Assembly: GCA_049472315.1 (NCBI GenBank)
Contig: JBLIRN010000023.1
Coordinates: 1 to 43,911 of the forward strand
Source of the DNA: a bacterium
GTDB lineage: Bacteria > SZUA-182 > DTGQ01 > JAFGSM01
Reading direction: 5' to 3'
Length of the DNA: 43,911 bases
Both the position numbers and the translations under genes were made by a program. The notes under the pieces are model-generated. The model was not told where the DNA came from. It saw only the letters and a list, made by a program, of their open reading frames with translations, and did not search any database. The number at the start of each line of letters is the position of its first letter. The first letter of the stretch is position 1. Below are positions 39,111 to 43,911 of the stretch, piece by piece.

Positions 39111-41240
39111 ATGAAGAACGACCGATACCCATTCATCAGCTCCATCCTTGCGGTGGCTGTTTCGTGCTGCATGTGTCCTGCAAGTCTTGCCGAGGCCTAT
39201 ATCGGACCCGGTGCCGGCATTGCCTTTTTCAGCTCCTTCCTTATATTCCTGGTCACCTTCCTGCTTGCCTTCGCCCTTTTTCTGTTCTGGCCGATCAGGA
39301 TGGTCATTGCACGGTTCAGGAAACGCAAGATACAACAGCGGTTGATGCGACCAGGTACGGTGAGGACGCATCGGGCCATCGTCATCGGGCTGGACGGGAT
39401 GGACCCGGAATTGACCAAGGAGTTCATGCAAAAGGGACTCCTTCCCAATTTCTGCAAGCTCATGGAGATGGGCACCTTCTCTCCCCTGCGTACCACCTGC
39501 CCTCCCATATCCCCTGTGGCCTGGTCCTCCTTTTCGACAGGTACCAATCCCGCACGGCACGGGATTTATGACTTTTTCACCAGGGATACGAATACCTATC
39601 TGCCGCGTCTTTCGTCCGTGTATATCGGAAAACCGCGCCGTGCAATCAATCTGGGAAAATATCGCATACCCTTGGGCAAGCCGGATGTCAGGTTTCTGCG
39701 CCGGGGGATTTCCTTCTGGAGGCTTTTGGGGGAGGCGGATGTCACCTCCTCCATCATCCGCGTGCCGGTCACCTTTCCCCCCGAGAAATTCACCGGCAGG
39801 CTCCTTTCCGCCATGTGCGTGCCCGATCTGAGGGGCACCCAGGGGAGCTTCACCTACTATACCACGGAAAACGGCGATCCACAGGCCCATACCGGAGGGA
39901 CGCGCATATTCCTCAAAGAGGAAAGCCCCGGCATCTTTTCCTCCTTTATCCCCGGACCGGAAAACGCCTTTCTCAAAAGACCGAAGGAGACCAGACTCCC
40001 CTTCTCCCTGATTCTTGCCGGGGAAGGAGGGCCTGTCCTCGAGATAAAGGGTGAAAAGTTCAGGATTCGTCAGGGTGCATATACAAATTGGATAAAGCTT
40101 CCCTTCAGCCTCGGATTCGGAAGGAAGGCATACGGGATCGCACGCTTTTTCCCCATGTCCCTTGACCCAGATAACATCAAGCTTTATTGTTCACCCATCA
40201 ACATCGATCCTGAGTCCCCTGCCCTTCCCATCTCCTCGCCGCTCATTTATTCCGTCTACCTATCCCGGCTCATCGGCCCCTATGCCACGCTCGGCCTTGC
40301 CGAGGACACCTGGGCGCTCAACGAGCGGGTGATCGACGAGGACGCGTTTCTCAAGCAGTGCTATTTGAACCACGAGGAGCGTGAGCAGATGTTCTTCAGT
40401 GAGCTCACCAAGCTGCGGCGGGGGGTATGCTGCTGCGTTTTCGATACCACGGACCGGATCCAGCACATGTTCTGGCGGTACAGGGATGGGGAAGCTCACC
40501 CCGCCATGAAGGGGTTCGATCCCACTACCTATGCCTGGGTCCTGGAGGACCTGTATAAACGAATGGATGCCATGGTGGGGAAGGTGCTTGATATGCTCGA
40601 TTACAATACACTGCTCATGGTGATCTCCGATCATGGATTCAAGTCATTCCAGCGGGGGGTGAATCTGAACACCTGGCTCCACAAGAACGGATATCTTGCC
40701 GTCAAGAAGGGGACCTCCGGCAAGGAGGAGTGGCTTCAGGGGGTGGACTGGGCACGGACACGGGCGTTTACCCTGGGCCTGAGCGGCATCTTCCTGAACC
40801 TCAAAGGTAGGGAGGCGCAGGGCATCGTTTCTCCGGGTGCGGAGGCCGATGCGCTCAAGACCGAACTGATAACAAAACTCACCGGTCTCAAGGATAAGGA
40901 ACGCGGCACAAGGGCGATCACCTCGGTGTACGACAGTACCACGGTCAATCATGGTCCGTACAGCCAGGACGGGCCCGAGCTGATCATCGGGTACGGACCC
41001 GGGTATCGTGCCTCATGGGAGGCTGCCACCGGAACGGTCACCGATTCGGTGTTCACGGATAATACCCGATGCTGGAGCGGAGACCACTGCATCGATTCCG
41101 AACATGTCCCCGGTGTCTTCTTTTGCAGCAGGCCGATAGACAAGGAAGGGCCGGCGCTCATCGATATCGGCCCGACCATCTTGTGGGAGTTCGGCCTCAA
41201 GATCCCTCCCTACATGGAGGGAAAGGCCCTCTTCGAATGA
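39111..41240 (+). CDS. Alkaline phosphatase superfamily (type I phosphodiesterase/NPP-like, COG3379-type) protein with signal peptide, YIGPG motif and TM anchor
   Basis: VIGLDG, PPISPVAW, DRIQHMFW, SDHGF, SGDHC; N-terminus AEA|YIGPG-TM-RFRKRK; start 39111 or 39090. Confidence 0.92.
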   Translation: MKNDRYPFISSILAVAVSCCMCPASLAEAYIGPGAGIAFFSSFLIFLVTFLLAFALFLFWPIRMVIARFRKRKIQQRLMRPGTVRTHRAIVIGLDGMDPELTKEFMQKGLLPNFCKLMEMGTFSPLRTTCPPISPVAWSSFSTGTNPARHGIYDFFTRDTNTYLPRLSSVYIGKPRRAINLGKYRIPLGKPDVRFLRRGISFWRLLGEADVTSSIIRVPVTFPPEKFTGRLLSAMCVPDLRGTQGSFTYYTTENGDPQAHTGGTRIFLKEESPGIFSSFIPGPENAFLKRPKETRLPFSLILAGEGGPVLEIKGEKFRIRQGAYTNWIKLPFSLGFGRKAYGIARFFPMSLDPDNIKLYCSPINIDPESPALPISSPLIYSVYLSRLIGPYATLGLAEDTWALNERVIDEDAFLKQCYLNHEEREQMFFSELTKLRRGVCCCVFDTTDRIQHMFWRYRDGEAHPAMKGFDPTTYAWVLEDLYKRMDAMVGKVLDMLDYNTLLMVISDHGFKSFQRGVNLNTWLHKNGYLAVKKGTSGKEEWLQGVDWARTRAFTLGLSGIFLNLKGREAQGIVSPGAEADALKTELITKLTGLKDKERGTRAITSVYDSTTVNHGPYSQDGPELIIGYGPGYRASWEAATGTVTDSVFTDNTRCWSGDHCIDSEHVPGVFFCSRPIDKEGPALIDIGPTILWEFGLKIPPYMEGKALFE

Positions 41241-41289
41241 AGGACATACCTCGTATGACAACAACTCAACGCGTAAAGGGAATGCAAGA

Positions 41290-43245
41290 ATGAATCGCAC
41301 ACAATACCGTATACTTCCTTTGATTATTCTTTTGGCCGCCGTGCTGCTGCCCTGGAATGCTCACGCCGCCCGGAAGACGAATCGAAAGGTTGTGATTTTG
41401 GGCTTCGACGGCATGGACCCTCAGTTGACCAAAAAATGGATTGACGAGGGACGGCTGCCCCATTTCAAGACATTGGCGGATCGGGGGGACTTCAGGCCCC
41501 TCAGGACCAGCATTCCTCCCCAGAGCCCCGTGGCGTGGTCGAATTTCGTCACCGGGCTGAATCCGGGCGGGCACAATATCTACGACTTCATCGCCCGGGA
41601 TCCGAATACCTACCTCCCCTATCTTTCCACCTCGGAGGTCAAGGAGCCGAAGCGGAAGCTGAAACTGTTCGGATGGGTAACACCCATATCCAAGGTGGAG
41701 GTGATCGGATACCGCAAGGGTACCCCATTTTGGGAGGTGCTCGATGACCACGACGTGCCCGCAACCATCCTCAGGGTGCCCTCCAATTTTCCCCCGGCCA
41801 CCGGGGGAGGCCGCTCCCTTTCGGGGATGGGAACCCCTGACGTGCTGGGGACCTACGGCACCTTTCTCTTCTACTCCACCGCGGTCGGCCGCGAGGGTGA
41901 ACAGACAAGCGGGAGGATCTATCCGGTGGAGGTAAAGGAGAACGTCATCACCACGAAGATTGTGGGGCCGACCAATCCCTTCAAGGAGGAACGACCCAAA
42001 ACGGAGATACCCTTCACCGTGCATGTGGACCCCAAAAACCCGGTGGCCAAGATCGTGATCCAGGACAAGGAGATCATCCTTTCCGAGGGAGGATGGAGCG
42101 ACTGGGTGCGGATCGAGTTCAAGATGATGGCCTTCACCACGACATCCGCCATCTGCCGTTTCTACCTGAAATCGGTGAGGCCGGAGTTTCAGCTTTATGT
42201 CACCCCTCTGAATATCGACCCCTACAATCCCTCGCTCCCCATCTCGCATCCTGAAAAATACGCCCAGGAGATCGCTGAAAAGATCGGCCTTTTCTACACG
42301 CAGGGAATGCCCGAGGACACCTGGGCCCTCAACGGGGGGGTATTGAACGAGGATGAATTTCTCGCCCAGAGTGAGATACCACTCAAGGAGCGGATAGGGA
42401 TGCTCGAGATGGAGCTCGATCGGTTCACCCACGGGGCGCTCTTCTGCTACTTTTCGATCACCGACTCCATCCAGCACATGTTCATGGAGCACATCGATCC
42501 GCAGCACCCGGCCTTTGACAAGGAAAAGGCAGAGAAATACGCCCACGTCATCCCCACCACCTACCAGAAGATGGACGAGGTCCTGGGAATGGTCATGGAG
42601 CGAACGGATGAGGATACCCTCATTATGGTCCTCTCCGACCACGGATTCGTTCCCTTCCGCAGGTATTTCAACCTCAACACCTGGCTACACCAGGAGGGAT
42701 ACCTGGGATTCATCAGGGAGTACAAGGGACGAGGCGGGGAATTTTTCGAGAATATCGACTGGAAAAAGACGAAGGCCTATGGCCTCGGTCTCAATGGGCT
42801 GTATATCAATCTCAAGGGAAGGGAGGGAATGGGGATCGTGAACCCCGGCGACAAGGATTCCCTTCTGGAGGAACTCATTCGTAAGCTCGAGGCATACCGC
42901 GATCCTGAGAACGGTGAGCAGGTTATCTCCCATGTATATAATCCTGCCACGGTGTATTCGGGGGCGTGGGTGAAAAACAGCCCCGACCTGATCGTCGGAT
43001 ACAACCGGAACTACCGGGCGTCATGGTGGACCGCCCAGGGGGCGACCCCACGGGAGATCATAGGGGACAATACGACCGAGTGGACCGGTGATCACTGTAT
43101 CGACAGGGACGTCGTGCCGGGAATACTCTTTACCAGCCGTCCGATAAAAAAGGATAATCCCGCACTGGTTGATTGCGCCCCCACCATCCTCAAGGAGTTC
43201 GGTATCGAGCCCCTGCCTGATATGGTGGGTAAGCCGTTGTTCTGA
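41290..43245 (+). CDS. Alkaline phosphatase superfamily (type I phosphodiesterase/NPP-like, COG3379-type) protein, secreted paralog
   Basis: Signal peptide AHA|A; ILGFDG, PPQSPVAW, DSIQHMF, SDHGF, TGDHC. Confidence 0.93.
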   Translation: MNRTQYRILPLIILLAAVLLPWNAHAARKTNRKVVILGFDGMDPQLTKKWIDEGRLPHFKTLADRGDFRPLRTSIPPQSPVAWSNFVTGLNPGGHNIYDFIARDPNTYLPYLSTSEVKEPKRKLKLFGWVTPISKVEVIGYRKGTPFWEVLDDHDVPATILRVPSNFPPATGGGRSLSGMGTPDVLGTYGTFLFYSTAVGREGEQTSGRIYPVEVKENVITTKIVGPTNPFKEERPKTEIPFTVHVDPKNPVAKIVIQDKEIILSEGGWSDWVRIEFKMMAFTTTSAICRFYLKSVRPEFQLYVTPLNIDPYNPSLPISHPEKYAQEIAEKIGLFYTQGMPEDTWALNGGVLNEDEFLAQSEIPLKERIGMLEMELDRFTHGALFCYFSITDSIQHMFMEHIDPQHPAFDKEKAEKYAHVIPTTYQKMDEVLGMVMERTDEDTLIMVLSDHGFVPFRRYFNLNTWLHQEGYLGFIREYKGRGGEFFENIDWKKTKAYGLGLNGLYINLKGREGMGIVNPGDKDSLLEELIRKLEAYRDPENGEQVISHVYNPATVYSGAWVKNSPDLIVGYNRNYRASWWTAQGATPREIIGDNTTEWTGDHCIDRDVVPGILFTSRPIKKDNPALVDCAPTILKEFGIEPLPDMVGKPLF

Positions 43246-43328
43246 AAGAGGTAATAGGGGAAAAATAGAGGTAACGGAGGGTAGCAGAAGACTGGTGTTA
43301 TTCTTAATCGGTGTGAGGAGAGACAACC

Positions 43329-43526
43329 ATGTTCGGTGGACGGAAGATCAAGCTTGAAAAAGGGCTGCTCGATCGAGCGGAGGCGTTTGCAGCAAAATCC
43401 GGGTATGCATCGGTGGAGGAATTCATCACCCATATCCTGGAGCGCGAGATCTCCAAGTTCGATTCGGGAGACGAGTCGGAGGAAGAGGTAAAAAAGCGCC
43501 TGGAAGGACTGGGCTACATCTCCTAG
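43329..43526 (+). CDS. Small CopG/RHH-like protein with C-terminal RLxxLGY motif
   Basis: SD GAGGAG; KIKL..L......AAKSGYASVEEFITHILE, acidic linker, EEEVKKRLEGLGYIS. Confidence 0.85.
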   Translation: MFGGRKIKLEKGLLDRAEAFAAKSGYASVEEFITHILEREISKFDSGDESEEEVKKRLEGLGYIS

Positions 43527-43544
43527 CAGGGTACAGGGACAATC

Positions 43545-43911
43545 ATGGAAACATTTCTCTCAATTATCGGAGCGCTCTTCGATCTCCTGATCATGCCGTT
43601 CAGGGAGCTTCCTCCCTTTTTCGGCCTTGCCTTTGTCGCCCTCCTGACCGGGTTCCTGGCGGTGGTGATCTTTAAGTATGTCTCCGACCAGAAGGCGCTC
43701 AAGGAGTTCATGAACCAGATAAAGATCCGCTTTGCCGAGATCATCCTCTACCGGGACGACATGCGGCAGATCCTCATCGCGCAAAAGGAGATCCTCAAAT
43801 ACAACCTCTTTTACTTCCTGAAGACCATAAAACCGGCTGTTCCCATTGTGGCCATTGTCGTCCTCATACTTTCACAAATAAACATCCGCTACAGCTTCAG
43901 CCCCATTTCCC
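43545..43911 (+). CDS. DUF106/EMC3/TMCO1-like (Oxa1 superfamily) membrane protein, 3' end outside the window
   Basis: Not in the ORF track. My translation: METFLSIIGALFDLLIMPF..FGLAFVALLTGFLAVVIFKYVSDQKALKEFMNQIKIRFAEIILYRDD..QKEILKYN..KTIKPAVPIVAIVVLIL..; amphipathic helix, TM, coiled coil, TM. Confidence 0.7.
   Translation, partial: METFLSIIGALFDLLIMPFRELPPFFGLAFVALLTGFLAVVIFKYVSDQKALKEFMNQIKIRFAEIILYRDDMRQILIAQKEILKYNLFYFLKTIKPAVPIVAIVVLILSQINIRYSFSPIS

Noticed and set aside
41266..42642. 458-aa minus-strand ORF
   Set aside because: Antisense shadow of the second phosphodiesterase-like gene

Overview
Chromosomal window from a diderm bacterium (TolC, LolA-like and GT9 heptosyltransferase-like genes); the lineage cannot be fixed from sequence alone. 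I found no rRNA, tRNA, CRISPR array, transposase or integrase. Left to right: a large modular secreted protein interrupted by one in-frame TAA; DUF445; a PAP2 phosphatase behind a Pho-box-like array; a GAF + GspE/PilB-N protein with no ATPase; several lineage-specific secreted low-complexity proteins (two paralogous PPYNxLWPLWSP proteins, a TxxxC Cys-repeat protein, a Pro/Thr-rich protein, a QSPW-repeat/I42 fusion); a GT9; a 10-gene RDD/zinc-finger/DUF4129/DUF4350/MoxR/DUF58/SpoIIM/RDD operon; a LolA-like plus outer-membrane pair; an RND pump; aroK; an ACT + UPF0210 pair; a PlsC-type acyltransferase. The right end holds an operon of two paralogous alkaline-phosphatase-superfamily enzymes with opposite predicted topology, a small RHH-like protein carrying a free RLxxLGY tail, and a truncated DUF106/EMC3/TMCO1-like (Oxa1 superfamily) membrane protein; this is my best candidate for an undescribed system. 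Two intergenic regions (about 10.6-11.3 kb and 34.8-35.0 kb) look like structured non-coding RNAs. All family calls come from motif recognition by eye, not database searches.
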